Below the pieces are notes generated by a model. The model saw only the letters and a program-made list of their open reading frames with translations, ran no database searches and was not told where the DNA came from. This document shows, in pieces, positions 8,362 through 18,372 of a DNA stretch of 56,763 nt. The stretch's first letter is position 1. The number at the start of each line of letters is the position of its first letter. The stretch comes from a virus (Duplodnaviria > Caudoviricetes): positions 1-56,763 of the IMG/VR virus record IMGVR_UViG_3300048672_000414, one strand, 5' to 3'. The position numbers and the translations under genes are program-made.

Positions 8362-8795
8362 GTCGTAGAACGTCGATTGTTAAAGCACTAACAGAAAAAT
8401 TAAAAAGCATAGACGGCTCCACTGGGTATAAGTCAAATATCTTTGGTAACTCATTTCCCTTCTTAAAGTTCTGGGACGAAACCAACGATTTCCCATCCAT
8501 TTATGTTGTTGCTGGCAGCGAAGCACGAGAATACTTGCCAAGCGACTTTACCTGGGCATATCTAGGTATTACACTAAAGGTATACTGCAAGGGCGAAGAC
8601 TCCCAGCAGTTGCTCGAGGATTTACTAGAAGACGTAGAAAACGTAATACATGATAACCGGGTACTAGTCTACGATGCGGAACATGGCTACGAAACTACAG
8701 AAATCTTAATAAATTCTATAGTTACCGACGAAGGGCTTTTAGCTCCTTATAGTATCGGTGAAGTCAATTTACAAGTGCGCTATGCGCTGATGTAA
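8358..8795 (+). CDS. Tail terminator protein
   Basis: MSRRTSIVKAL...TDEGLLAPY; immediately upstream of the tail tube gene. Confidence 0.8.
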   Translation: MSRRTSIVKALTEKLKSIDGSTGYKSNIFGNSFPFLKFWDETNDFPSIYVVAGSEAREYLPSDFTWAYLGITLKVYCKGEDSQQLLEDLLEDVENVIHDNRVLVYDAEHGYETTEILINSIVTDEGLLAPYSIGEVNLQVRYALM

Positions 8796-8877
8796 TCTTT
8801 CTGTAGTAATACGTAGTACGGCAGGTAATTGTCTAGCCAATACGTAGATGCTACTAAATAACCATAAAGGAAAAATT

Positions 8878-10323
8878 ATGGCATTAAATTTAGTCCGTAA
8901 TAGTAAAGTATTCTTTACAACAAACGTAGATACTAATGGTAAAGTAAACGCAACTGGATTTACCAACGCCAATACTTACGAAATACAGGTTCTAGATGGG
9001 TTTAGCTTCTCGCAAAATACCAATAGTGACACAGTTACTATTGCCGAAGCCGGCAGTGCCCCTGTTCGCGGGCAGCGTAGCTTCAACACTAGCTTAGCTC
9101 CTGTTGATTTCTCTTTCTCTAACTATATTCGTCCAAAGAACGCTACAACTGCAATTACCGCAGAAGAAAGTGTTTTATGGAATGCGTTGTTTAGTACAGT
9201 GAGTACTGATACTGCAGCGGTTACCATAGGCGGAACAATTAGTGGCGTTACTTATGCCTTCTCTAACGGTGTAGGTACTGTAACTATTGCAGGAACCTCA
9301 CTAACTGCAGTTGGTGTATCGGTTGGTGATATTGTTGTTATTGGTGGTATTACTGCTGCAACAGGTGCAGGTATTACAGCATTTAATGCTGCTGCTACGG
9401 TTGCTACAATTAGCGGTACAGCTATCACACTGGCCCTAGTAAGCCCAACTACCACAGCATCCACGATCACTACTCCAGCTAGTATTAAGCTGTATAAGAG
9501 TGCTTGGGCACCAGTTAGTACTACATACAGCTATGTAAGTGGTGCCGCAAGTGATAAGCACCAGTTACTAAAGTTTGGTATGATATTTATTGTTGACCAA
9601 GTTGCCTATGCTGTTGATAATGCTGCAATGGGTCAGGTAACAATTGATTTTGGTCTTGATGCTATTGCTACAGCACAGTGGACAGGACAGGGAACCGCAC
9701 TACGTCAACTTGGTACAGGGGTAACGGCATCTGCAGGCACCTTCGGTAACGGATTAACCGGCAACTATCTTGTTAAAGTTACGGATGCTAACTACATTAC
9801 CAATAAACTGAGTACAGTTACCCTTACCTTAGTTAATAGCTTAAAGGATTCCGCAGGAACATCCTACGGGGCTGCTGGAGATACTTATACTGTACCTATT
9901 ACTGGTGGATCATTCACTATTAATAACAATATTACGTATATTACTCCAGCTAACCTGGGTGTTGTTAATCTGCCTGTTACATATTATACTGGAACACGGT
10001 CTATTACTGGTACCTTAAACGCCTACTTACGTACCGGTGGCACTCGCGATACCGGTGAACTCCTGGCCGATATGCTAGCAGCCGCTAGTGGTACCATTGA
10101 GCCTATGGCGGCTATGAGCATCAATATTGGTGGTGCCAATACGGTTAAAGTTAACCTAGATATGCCGGCCACTGTTCTTACTATCCCTACGGTAGATGTG
10201 CAGCAGGTTGTATCTACAGCCATTAACTTTACTGCAGAAGGCTATGTACCAAGCTCTACTGCTGACGGTAATGCCTACGACTTGACTAAGGCAAACGATA
10301 TTGCTATTCGCTATTACGCTTAA
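8878..10323 (+). CDS. Major tail tube protein (T5 pb6-like)
   Basis: EIQVLDGFSFSQ, RGQRSFNTSLAPVDFSFS, TGTRSITGTLNAYL; AAAGGA RBS before ATG 8878. Confidence 0.88.
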   Translation: MALNLVRNSKVFFTTNVDTNGKVNATGFTNANTYEIQVLDGFSFSQNTNSDTVTIAEAGSAPVRGQRSFNTSLAPVDFSFSNYIRPKNATTAITAEESVLWNALFSTVSTDTAAVTIGGTISGVTYAFSNGVGTVTIAGTSLTAVGVSVGDIVVIGGITAATGAGITAFNAAATVATISGTAITLALVSPTTTASTITTPASIKLYKSAWAPVSTTYSYVSGAASDKHQLLKFGMIFIVDQVAYAVDNAAMGQVTIDFGLDAIATAQWTGQGTALRQLGTGVTASAGTFGNGLTGNYLVKVTDANYITNKLSTVTLTLVNSLKDSAGTSYGAAGDTYTVPITGGSFTINNNITYITPANLGVVNLPVTYYTGTRSITGTLNAYLRTGGTRDTGELLADMLAAASGTIEPMAAMSINIGGANTVKVNLDMPATVLTIPTVDVQQVVSTAINFTAEGYVPSSTADGNAYDLTKANDIAIRYYA

Positions 10324-10336
10324 TTATTAAGCAACA

Positions 10337-10365
10337 GGGGAGGGTTGATCTCCTCCCCACTTTTT
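10337..10365 (+). terminator. Rho-independent terminator
   Basis: GGGGAGG...CCTCCCC followed by a T-run. Confidence 0.75.
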
Positions 10366-10386
10366 AACTCTTGAGATTAAATAAAC

Positions 10387-10797
10387 ATGACAACTCTTTC
10401 TCTTAAAAACCTGCTTGTGCCTTCTAAGTCCCTAGAAGTTGAGTATCCCGGTATGCCTGAATTCAAAGTTCAAGTGGCATTTTTATCTCGTGAAACTCTG
10501 CAACAAATTCGCAAGAAGGCCACTAAGACCAGTTTCAAAAATCGCCAGCCAGTTGATGAGCTGAACGATGAACTTTTCCTTGAGCTATACGTCAAAGCCG
10601 CTATCAAAGGCTGGAGTGGCCTCAAGCTGAAGTACCTTGAGCAACTTGCTCCTGTTGACCTTAGTGGCCAGGACCTGGATGCTGAACTTGAGTACAGCGA
10701 AGAAAACGCACTGTACTTGATGAAGAACTCCACAAACTTTGACTCGTTTGTTAGCGAGCAGGTCACTGACCTGGGAAACTTTTCTACGAACAAGTAA
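10387..10797 (+). CDS. Tail assembly chaperone (G-like)
   Basis: Between tail tube and tape measure; in-frame slippery site G GGA AAC near the 3' end. Confidence 0.82.
   Translation: MTTLSLKNLLVPSKSLEVEYPGMPEFKVQVAFLSRETLQQIRKKATKTSFKNRQPVDELNDELFLELYVKAAIKGWSGLKLKYLEQLAPVDLSGQDLDAELEYSEENALYLMKNSTNFDSFVSEQVTDLGNFSTNK
10773..10779 (+). other. -1 programmed frameshift slippery site GGGAAAC
   Basis: X XXY YYZ phase is correct; the -1 frame is open from 10773 through ATG 10848 to 11168. Confidence 0.8.
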
Positions 10798-10847
10798 ATA
10801 ACGTATATGTAGGCTTAGAAAGCTACCTACGCAACCGCGACGTAAGC

Positions 10848-11168
10848 ATGACCAAGGAAGCTTACTTTGAAATGTGTGAGATGCTAGGTAGCGAACCACT
10901 AGAGTCGGAGATTCCACTAGAGCTTGAAGACTTCCCTGATCTAGTACAGCAAGCCTTTGTTATTTATAGCATGTTGTCGGATATCTGGGAAGGTATGAGT
11001 GGTACGTATTTAGGCAAAGACTATAGCTTATTATTTGACTTGTTCGAATTATATAGCATTGATACAAAGGAAGAAAAACTTCTTAGTACAGACTTTATTA
11101 AACATATAGACTCTGTGCGCTCAAAGCTATTAAGTGAAAAACAAAAAGCAACTAAGCCCGCCAGTTAA
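10848..11168 (+). CDS. Tail assembly chaperone C-terminal part (T-like)
   Basis: In the -1 frame of the upstream ORF; no clear RBS of its own. Confidence 0.75.
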   Translation: MTKEAYFEMCEMLGSEPLESEIPLELEDFPDLVQQAFVIYSMLSDIWEGMSGTYLGKDYSLLFDLFELYSIDTKEEKLLSTDFIKHIDSVRSKLLSEKQKATKPAS

Positions 11169-11186
11169 AGCTGTGCGGGCTTTTTT
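11154..11186 (+). terminator. Rho-independent terminator
   Basis: AAGCCCGC...GCGGGCTTTTTT. Confidence 0.8.
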
Positions 11187-11204
11187 ATACCCAAAATTTT
11201 ATAG

Positions 11205-11233
11205 TTGACACGGAGCTGCCCTCGTGGTATAAT
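11205..11233 (+). promoter_or_regulatory. Consensus sigma70 promoter for the tape measure operon
   Basis: TTGACA-17 nt-TATAAT with extended -10 TG. Confidence 0.88.
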
Positions 11234-11299
11234 CGTGAGAAAGTGAAAAATCTACTTTAACATTTAAGGTAGCAAAGTGTTTTGCTATGAGGAGAACAA

Positions 11300-14200
11300 A
11301 TGGCTACACAAAATAACGTTGACATAAAAGTAAATGTAACGGACGGCGGCACGACCGCCAAAGCTACAAAAAGCGCAGAACAGTATAAGAAAACTTTAGA
11401 AGATGCAGGTAAAGCCGCCGCCAGTATTAGTACTGGTAGTGTTGGAGGTACTGCAGGTTCGCGTGCTGTAGCAGCCGCAGCCGCCGCCCCTGTAAAAACA
11501 GCCAAAACGGTATCGCAGCCTACTGGCTCTGCTGCTATAATGGATGATAGCTCTTATAATGCTGCTAGAGGGGCTGCAGGAGCTACTAAAGCTAGTGCTC
11601 GTGATTTTGCTAAACAGTCTCGTGATTTGGACGGATTAGTGCGCGTATACGCTACCTTTGCTGCAAATATTTATGCAGTAGGTGCAGCATTTAGAGCATT
11701 AAGCGACGCAGCAGCAACTGAGAATCTTGTAAAAGGCCTTGATAGCTTAGGTGCAGCAAGTGGTAAAAACCTAGGTTTCCTATCAAAACAATTAGTAGTG
11801 GCTACTGACGGAGCTATATCTTTAAAAGATGCAATGACTGCTGTAGCTACAGCAAGTAGTGCCGGAATGGGCAGCTCTCAGATAAAAGAAATTGCCGTAG
11901 TAGCATCGAAAGCATCTCAAGCTCTCGGGGTTAACATGGCAGACGCCATGAGCAGGCTAAGCAGAGGCATTACTAAACTTGAGCCCGAACTACTAGACGA
12001 GCTAGGAATTTTTACAAAGGTAGGCGAAGCAACCAGCAAGTATGCTCTGGCTGTTGGCAAAAGTGTAACTTCCCTATCTGATTTTGAAAAGCGTCAAGCT
12101 TTTGCTAATGCCGTAATTGCGGAAGGCAAGAAAAAGTTTGAAGAGCTGGATACTGTAACAAATCCGTACGATAAGCTACTAGCCAGCGTTACTAATCTTA
12201 GCACGGAAGGGCTAGGGTTAGTTAATAAGGTACTAGGTCCCATTATTAAATTGCTATCCGAATCGCCTACGGCTTTATTAGGCATATTTGCAGCGGTAGG
12301 TTCCGCACTGATAAAACAAGCAATCCCTGCTTTAGGGGCTTGGAGAGAGTCTCTTGCTAAAAGTGCAGAAGCCTCTGCAGCTTCGGCTGAAAGAATACAT
12401 ACTACATTCATGGAGTATTCTGTAGATAAAGATATTGCCGAATCGGCTAAGCGCTTAAAGCCAGCACAAGAAAAAGTCGCAAAAAATTTAGCAGAGGGGC
12501 AGGACCTCTTAGCAAGCACACTATCTAAGCGCTCAAAAATATTAGCTAGTGCTATGCTGCCTAATGTTAATGCTGAAGGCTTAGTAAAATCATTAGATAC
12601 GGAAATCTCCAAAAGAAACGTTGCTCTTGATATTACAGCCGCTAAACGAGATGCCGAGTATGCTAAAGGTGAAAAAGCCAATCAAACCTTATTAGGGGTA
12701 CTAGATAGACGTATAACTCGGCAGCACGAAGAATTGCTAAATCTAGGCGAAGCTCGTGATATTTATAAAGACACTGCTAATATAGTTAAGAAAATACAGG
12801 AAGATACGGAAAAGTTTGATAATAGAAATATAAAGCTATTTTCATTTGAGCGAGGATTTAAAGACTCTGGCGAATGGATGCGTAAAAGAATTGCCGACGC
12901 AGCCCAAGCTTCAGCTACTTCAAAGGGAATACTTTCAGCCGCAGGTTCAGATACAGCAACTAAAGGCACTATAGCGGCATTTAAAAATCTGTTTGATAGT
13001 ATAAAGAATGGCATACCAAAAGTAGACGAGTTTGGTGAGGCTATTGTTGGAGCAAATGGAAAAGTAGAGCGCATTGGTAAGGGTTTAACTGGCATACCTG
13101 CAATACTTACTAAAGTTACCGGCAGCTTACTCATAGCTGGGTCAGCTATAGGAACATTTCTGTCCTCTATTCAACCAATACTTATAGTACTTGAGTTGCT
13201 TGTTGTAGCTTATGGAGTATTTGATTCTGTAGCGTCAAAAGCTGCTAAACAGCAAGAAGCTTTTAATACTGCTACAGCAGGAGTTGAAAGCGCTACAAAA
13301 ACCGCTGCGGATACTCTAACGCTTTATACTCAAAAGAAAAAGGAAGCTTTCACTATTGACGCTATATCTGCGTATACTAATGCAATAAGTGGTGCCTCAG
13401 ATGCTCTACGTGACCAAATTATTGCTTTCCAAGACTACAAAAAGTCTGCAAATATATGGGACGACCTAAAAGACGGTATAGCTTCTGTATTTGGTAAAGG
13501 CAACTTGGATAAATTACAAAAAGGGGCGGTAGATAGCTTAAAGACCACTATGAATATGTTAGACTATAGTTCTAACAGTGGTGCCTCTAAAACTTCATTA
13601 ATAACCTCCATATTCGGGGACAAAGCCCAGTTTAAAGATCTAAACGCAAGTACCAAAGAACTTAATAAGGCTTTTGATGGTTTAACAGATGCTGAGCGCG
13701 AAGCAAAAATTAACAAAATTGCAGCTGCCGTTGAAAATGTACGTAAATCAGAGGAGTACGCTACTAATGCCGCAAAAGCTTTCTTAGAAAGTTTAAGCGC
13801 AGTAGACAAGGTAGTAGATCAAATAATTCAAGCAAACGCATTTAGTGATCTACAAGGTAAGTTGGGTATTGAACTCGTTCAAGCCGCCCAAAAGCTTGCT
13901 ATGGCATTATCTGACCCGCTAAAGGCTTTAACTGACTTAGCAGCTCTAGGAAAAGACCCTAAAGCGTTAGCAGCCTTAAATATTGCTCCAGATAGCTCAG
14001 CTATGTCTGCACTAAAGCAGGCTGTTACCTATGAGCGTCAGTTAAACGATCTTACTAAAGAGCGTAAACTAGCTGAAGATGCTAAAGTTTTGGCTGAAGC
14101 GGGTAAAGGTACTAGAGCTTCCGCACTTCAAAAGGCAGAAAGTAACGTCCCATTTTTCGGAGACCTAGGTGGCACCACTTCATCTACAGCAAGATTAAGA

Positions 14201-17200
14201 GGGGCAGCCGTCAAGGGTGATATACAGGACGCAAAAGCTAAACTAGACGAAATTGCTAAAAAGATAAAAGACGCTCAACGTGAGGCTACAAGTTTTGCTA
14301 GTAACCAGATAAGCTTGGTCACACAAATTGCACAAACTGGGTTCGATAGAATTCAGCTAGGTTTAAAGCGCGCACAAGAACAAGCACAAATTGGCGTAGC
14401 TCGTACAGCTTTAAATATTGCCGCCGGAGCAGGAGCTAATACTGCAGATAAAGAGTTTGCTCTAAAAATGCAGGAGCTTAAAATTCAAGAGAGCCTTATA
14501 GAAGCTAACTACAATGTACAGCTGGCTACTATTAAGAATACTCAAGAATTAGAAAAGTTAAACATTAATCTGCAACAAGGTGAAGCCGCTAGACTAAAGG
14601 CCAGCAGCCTGCCAGAAGAACAGATAGCGGGGCAAGCACTAGAAAAGTCACTAGCACAGCGTAAGCGTATAATTGATCTGGCGGAGGGTAAATCAAGTAA
14701 GCAGGATTTACTGAGCATGCGTGGAAGCTCAGTAGAAGCTCAAGCCGCTATTGCGCGTAGAAATGAGCTACTGATACCAGGAATGCAAAAAGATGCTGCA
14801 CTTGCAGCAACCCGAGGACAAGCACAGAGCGCCGAACTAGAGCGTCAAGCAAAAATAAACGCTGAAGAATTACGGAATAAAGAAGCTAAGCTTAATTTAG
14901 AAAATCAGATCCTTGCCACACAGCAAGAGCAAGTTAACCTAGCTAATCAACTAGGCATTAGCTCTACAGATCAGCTGATTGACCTTAAATACGCACTACA
15001 GTTTAAGCAGGCATCTAATGAAGCTGATGCAAAACGTGCTGCTGTAGAAGCAAAAATTAAGGATCTAAAAGTGGCCGGTATAACAAGTGGTCCTGAGTAT
15101 GAAAGACTTGCTGGAGAACAAGGGATATATACCCAAACCCTTAAACAGATCACCGCAGAAGAAACCTTAAAGAAACTAAAGCTAGAGTATAGTAAGCTTG
15201 ACGAAAAGGGTGCTGAGTATAAGAAGCGTATTAATAAAGAGTATGAGCTAACGCTAGAAGATCTGCGCATTGAAAACTCGTTGCTATCATCTAATATAGT
15301 ATTAGAGCAGCTATCTATTGATGCTAAGAGTCAGCTAGGAGCTATCGACGCACAATCCGCTATTATTGCTAAAGCCAACTTGGAGTTACGCAAAGAAGAT
15401 ATTAGGTACGCTGAGGATGCTTTAAAGTTAGAAAATGATGTAGCTAACAAAAAGCGAGATGCAGCCGATGCCGCTGCAAAAACAGCACTAGCCTTAAATG
15501 CTACGCAAGGAAAAGGTCTTGATAGTCCAGAAATGCAGGCTTTCCGTCAAGCACAAGACTCGCAGGATGCCGCTGAACGTGCATACCAAACTGCACTTAA
15601 AAACCAAAGTGCAGCAAAAACATTAAGCGATATCAATAAGCAGGGTATCAATGATACTAAAGCTTTAAATCTTGAACTTGAACGCCAAAAGCAGCTATTT
15701 GCAGATATTACTGCAGCTACTGAGTCTCTTGCTGCAATATTTGGCACTGTGGGTGAAAGCGTTGGCAAATTCGCGGAAACTTTAGCTAAAGTCAGCCTAC
15801 AAAATGAAGCCAATAAAAAAGGAATGGCAGATAATAAAAAGCTACAAACAGATCTATTGGAAAAGCAGAAACAAGGTGTAGACATAACTCAGGCATTAAG
15901 TGATGCTAAAGAAGAAGAGTCTAGGCTCACTAAGAAATCACAAAAAGACGAGTTAAACGGTAACATAGCTGTGGTAGCCTCTGCTAAGAAAATGTTTGGC
16001 GAAAAAACCGCCGCTGCAAAAGCTTTAGGCGATATAGAGAAAGTGCTACATGTACAGCGTATAGCTATGGACTTAAAAGAAATGGTTCAAAAGCTATTTA
16101 CGGATACCGCAGAGACTAATTCTAAACTTACCGCCGAAGCCACGCAAACAGGGGCAACTGAGGCAGGATTTTTAGCCCGTACTGGAACTTATATAAGTGA
16201 AATTTTTGCTAAGTTTACTGCCACAATGGGTCCGTGGGGCTGGGCAGCTGCAGCAGCTGTAGTTGCCGCCATATTTGGCGGGGGTGGTGGAAGTTCCGCA
16301 CCTTTTGTAGCGACTGCAGAACAACAGCAAAAGGTACAAGGTACTGCTATGAGTTATAACTCTACTGGTAGCTTAGTGCAAACTAACCGTGGAGTATTTG
16401 GAGATACTACAGCAAAATCAGAAAGCATTGCAAAGTCGCTAGACATTATTGAGAGTACCTCAGTGGAGGGATTAAGCTACTATAATGGGATGCTTGACGC
16501 CTTAAAGCAGATACGCGATAATACAGGAACCGCAGCTAAAAACCTATACAATATACCAGGCCTTCGTGCGGGTAGTTTAAGCGGCACCATTGAGGGAACT
16601 AATACTAGTGGTGGTTTACTTGGTATTGGTGGGCTATTTAGTAAGTCAGTAACTAAAGACATTATTGATAGTGGTATAAAGCTAAGCGGCACCTTTGGAG
16701 AATTAGTACGAGGGATATCATCAACCATTCAAACTTTTGAAACAGTATCTACCACTGTTAAAAAGAGTGGGTTCCTAGGTATAGGAGGTAGTACTAGTAC
16801 TAGTGTAGATACTACTTATCAAGACCTCTTGGGCCTCGACCCTAAATCGTTTAAAGCTTTAGTAGATAGTTTAAACAATGCTAATAACTTAGTTATGAGC
16901 ATTGCAAAAACAGCTGACTTAGACTTAACAGCAGTGCAATCTACGCTTGACGCACTATCCGTTGACAAAACCATTAGTCTACGCGGCCTAAAGGGTGAGG
17001 ACTTTACCAAAGAACTATCTTCAGTTATTGGTCAAATCTTAGACGACGCTAGTTCTGCCATATTTACACAGTTTGAGCAATTTGCTCAATTTGGTGAAGG
17101 CATGTTGGAAACTGTAGTCAGAGTAATTGATGCCAATACAAAAGTAAAACAGTCTCTTGAGAATTCGTTCATTAGTATTAGTAATATACTAGGTGAAAAT

Positions 17201-18298
17201 GGGTATAAAGTAACCGAAGCTTTGGTAAACCTAGCCGGCGGACTACAAAACTTTATCGACGGTACTACGTTCTATCAAGAAAACTTCTTAACTGAACGTG
17301 AGCGTCTAGCTCCAGTACTTAAATCGACCGGAGATGAGTTAGGTAGAATAGTAAAAATGCTTGGCTATACAGTACCAGATGGGGCTATAGATACCCGTGA
17401 AGAGTTTACTAAGCTTGTAAAAAGCTTAGACTTAACTACTGATACAGGGCAAAAAGCGTATACTGCCTTAATGAATGTTGCACCAGGATTCGACAAGCTA
17501 ATGGATTACGTAGATCAGTTTACTTCTGATGCCATTAGCAAGATGAGTGACTTGGCAAAAACATTTAAGGACTTCGCTAAGCAGATATCAGATTTTAGAA
17601 GTGGACTGCTGCTAGGTAGTTTATCTACAGCTACCCCGCTAGAAAAACTATCTGCGGCAAAAACTGACTACTCTAAAACGCTGGCTGCAGCAATGGGTGG
17701 AGATAAGGATGCCTTAGGAAAGCTTACTTCCAGTGCAAGTACGTATCTTGAGCAGGCTAAGTCTATGTATGCTAGTAGCTCTACTTATACGGATATTTTT
17801 AATCAGGTTAATCAGCAGTTAGCAGATGCAGAAAAATATGCAGGAGACACAGCGGATTTAGCCCAACAGCAAGTAGATGCATTAAATGCACATACTCAAA
17901 TTTTAGCTAATATTGATGCAGGAATATCCAAACTAGCAGGAATCGACCCTATTCAAGCAGCCGCGACGGGCGGTTGGAGGCAGGGCTTAACACTTGTTGG
18001 GGAAAAAGGTCCTGAAATAGTGGACTTCCAAACGCCAGGTAGAGTTTATACCGCCGATCAAACCCGCGGGATGTTCTCTGCACCTGTCGGTGGAAACCAG
18101 CAGGCAGTTGTAGCAGAACTACAGGCACTACGCAAAGAAGTTGCACAGCTACGCCAAGATCAGCAGCAACAAACCGGCGACTTGATTAATACTAATTATG
18201 ACGCCACAAATACGCTAGCCGCCCACGTTGTAGACGCAGTAGCTAAGTCTACTGTAGACGCAAACTGGCAGTCTAGAACACAGGTAACACTTAAGTAA
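11300..18298 (+). CDS. Tape measure protein
   Basis: 2332 aa, Ala/Lys-rich and helical; T5-like N-terminus (GLVRVYATFAAN, KLEPELLDELGI); hydrophobic segments; C-terminal ATGG...VGEKGPE motif; GAGGAG RBS. Confidence 0.93.
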   Translation: MATQNNVDIKVNVTDGGTTAKATKSAEQYKKTLEDAGKAAASISTGSVGGTAGSRAVAAAAAAPVKTAKTVSQPTGSAAIMDDSSYNAARGAAGATKASARDFAKQSRDLDGLVRVYATFAANIYAVGAAFRALSDAAATENLVKGLDSLGAASGKNLGFLSKQLVVATDGAISLKDAMTAVATASSAGMGSSQIKEIAVVASKASQALGVNMADAMSRLSRGITKLEPELLDELGIFTKVGEATSKYALAVGKSVTSLSDFEKRQAFANAVIAEGKKKFEELDTVTNPYDKLLASVTNLSTEGLGLVNKVLGPIIKLLSESPTALLGIFAAVGSALIKQAIPALGAWRESLAKSAEASAASAERIHTTFMEYSVDKDIAESAKRLKPAQEKVAKNLAEGQDLLASTLSKRSKILASAMLPNVNAEGLVKSLDTEISKRNVALDITAAKRDAEYAKGEKANQTLLGVLDRRITRQHEELLNLGEARDIYKDTANIVKKIQEDTEKFDNRNIKLFSFERGFKDSGEWMRKRIADAAQASATSKGILSAAGSDTATKGTIAAFKNLFDSIKNGIPKVDEFGEAIVGANGKVERIGKGLTGIPAILTKVTGSLLIAGSAIGTFLSSIQPILIVLELLVVAYGVFDSVASKAAKQQEAFNTATAGVESATKTAADTLTLYTQKKKEAFTIDAISAYTNAISGASDALRDQIIAFQDYKKSANIWDDLKDGIASVFGKGNLDKLQKGAVDSLKTTMNMLDYSSNSGASKTSLITSIFGDKAQFKDLNASTKELNKAFDGLTDAEREAKINKIAAAVENVRKSEEYATNAAKAFLESLSAVDKVVDQIIQANAFSDLQGKLGIELVQAAQKLAMALSDPLKALTDLAALGKDPKALAALNIAPDSSAMSALKQAVTYERQLNDLTKERKLAEDAKVLAEAGKGTRASALQKAESNVPFFGDLGGTTSSTARLRGAAVKGDIQDAKAKLDEIAKKIKDAQREATSFASNQISLVTQIAQTGFDRIQLGLKRAQEQAQIGVARTALNIAAGAGANTADKEFALKMQELKIQESLIEANYNVQLATIKNTQELEKLNINLQQGEAARLKASSLPEEQIAGQALEKSLAQRKRIIDLAEGKSSKQDLLSMRGSSVEAQAAIARRNELLIPGMQKDAALAATRGQAQSAELERQAKINAEELRNKEAKLNLENQILATQQEQVNLANQLGISSTDQLIDLKYALQFKQASNEADAKRAAVEAKIKDLKVAGITSGPEYERLAGEQGIYTQTLKQITAEETLKKLKLEYSKLDEKGAEYKKRINKEYELTLEDLRIENSLLSSNIVLEQLSIDAKSQLGAIDAQSAIIAKANLELRKEDIRYAEDALKLENDVANKKRDAADAAAKTALALNATQGKGLDSPEMQAFRQAQDSQDAAERAYQTALKNQSAAKTLSDINKQGINDTKALNLELERQKQLFADITAATESLAAIFGTVGESVGKFAETLAKVSLQNEANKKGMADNKKLQTDLLEKQKQGVDITQALSDAKEEESRLTKKSQKDELNGNIAVVASAKKMFGEKTAAAKALGDIEKVLHVQRIAMDLKEMVQKLFTDTAETNSKLTAEATQTGATEAGFLARTGTYISEIFAKFTATMGPWGWAAAAAVVAAIFGGGGGSSAPFVATAEQQQKVQGTAMSYNSTGSLVQTNRGVFGDTTAKSESIAKSLDIIESTSVEGLSYYNGMLDALKQIRDNTGTAAKNLYNIPGLRAGSLSGTIEGTNTSGGLLGIGGLFSKSVTKDIIDSGIKLSGTFGELVRGISSTIQTFETVSTTVKKSGFLGIGGSTSTSVDTTYQDLLGLDPKSFKALVDSLNNANNLVMSIAKTADLDLTAVQSTLDALSVDKTISLRGLKGEDFTKELSSVIGQILDDASSAIFTQFEQFAQFGEGMLETVVRVIDANTKVKQSLENSFISISNILGENGYKVTEALVNLAGGLQNFIDGTTFYQENFLTERERLAPVLKSTGDELGRIVKMLGYTVPDGAIDTREEFTKLVKSLDLTTDTGQKAYTALMNVAPGFDKLMDYVDQFTSDAISKMSDLAKTFKDFAKQISDFRSGLLLGSLSTATPLEKLSAAKTDYSKTLAAAMGGDKDALGKLTSSASTYLEQAKSMYASSSTYTDIFNQVNQQLADAEKYAGDTADLAQQQVDALNAHTQILANIDAGISKLAGIDPIQAAATGGWRQGLTLVGEKGPEIVDFQTPGRVYTADQTRGMFSAPVGGNQQAVVAELQALRKEVAQLRQDQQQQTGDLINTNYDATNTLAAHVVDAVAKSTVDANWQSRTQVTLK

Positions 18299-18299
18299 T

Positions 18300-18361
18300 A
18301 AAATAGGGCTATAACTTAGCCCTATTTTTAAAGTAAGCATATATGCTTACTTTAAAAATAG
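18300..18361 (+). terminator. Terminator hairpin overlapped by a perfect 40-bp palindrome
   Basis: AAAATAGGGCTA-5 nt-TAGCCCTATTTT (18300-18328); 18322-18361 is fully self-complementary. Confidence 0.75.
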
Positions 18362-18372
18362 AAAGGAGCATT

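Noticed and set aside
12094-17010. Antisense ORFs within the tape measure gene
   Set aside because: Shadow ORFs from codon bias; no RBS or recognisable motifs
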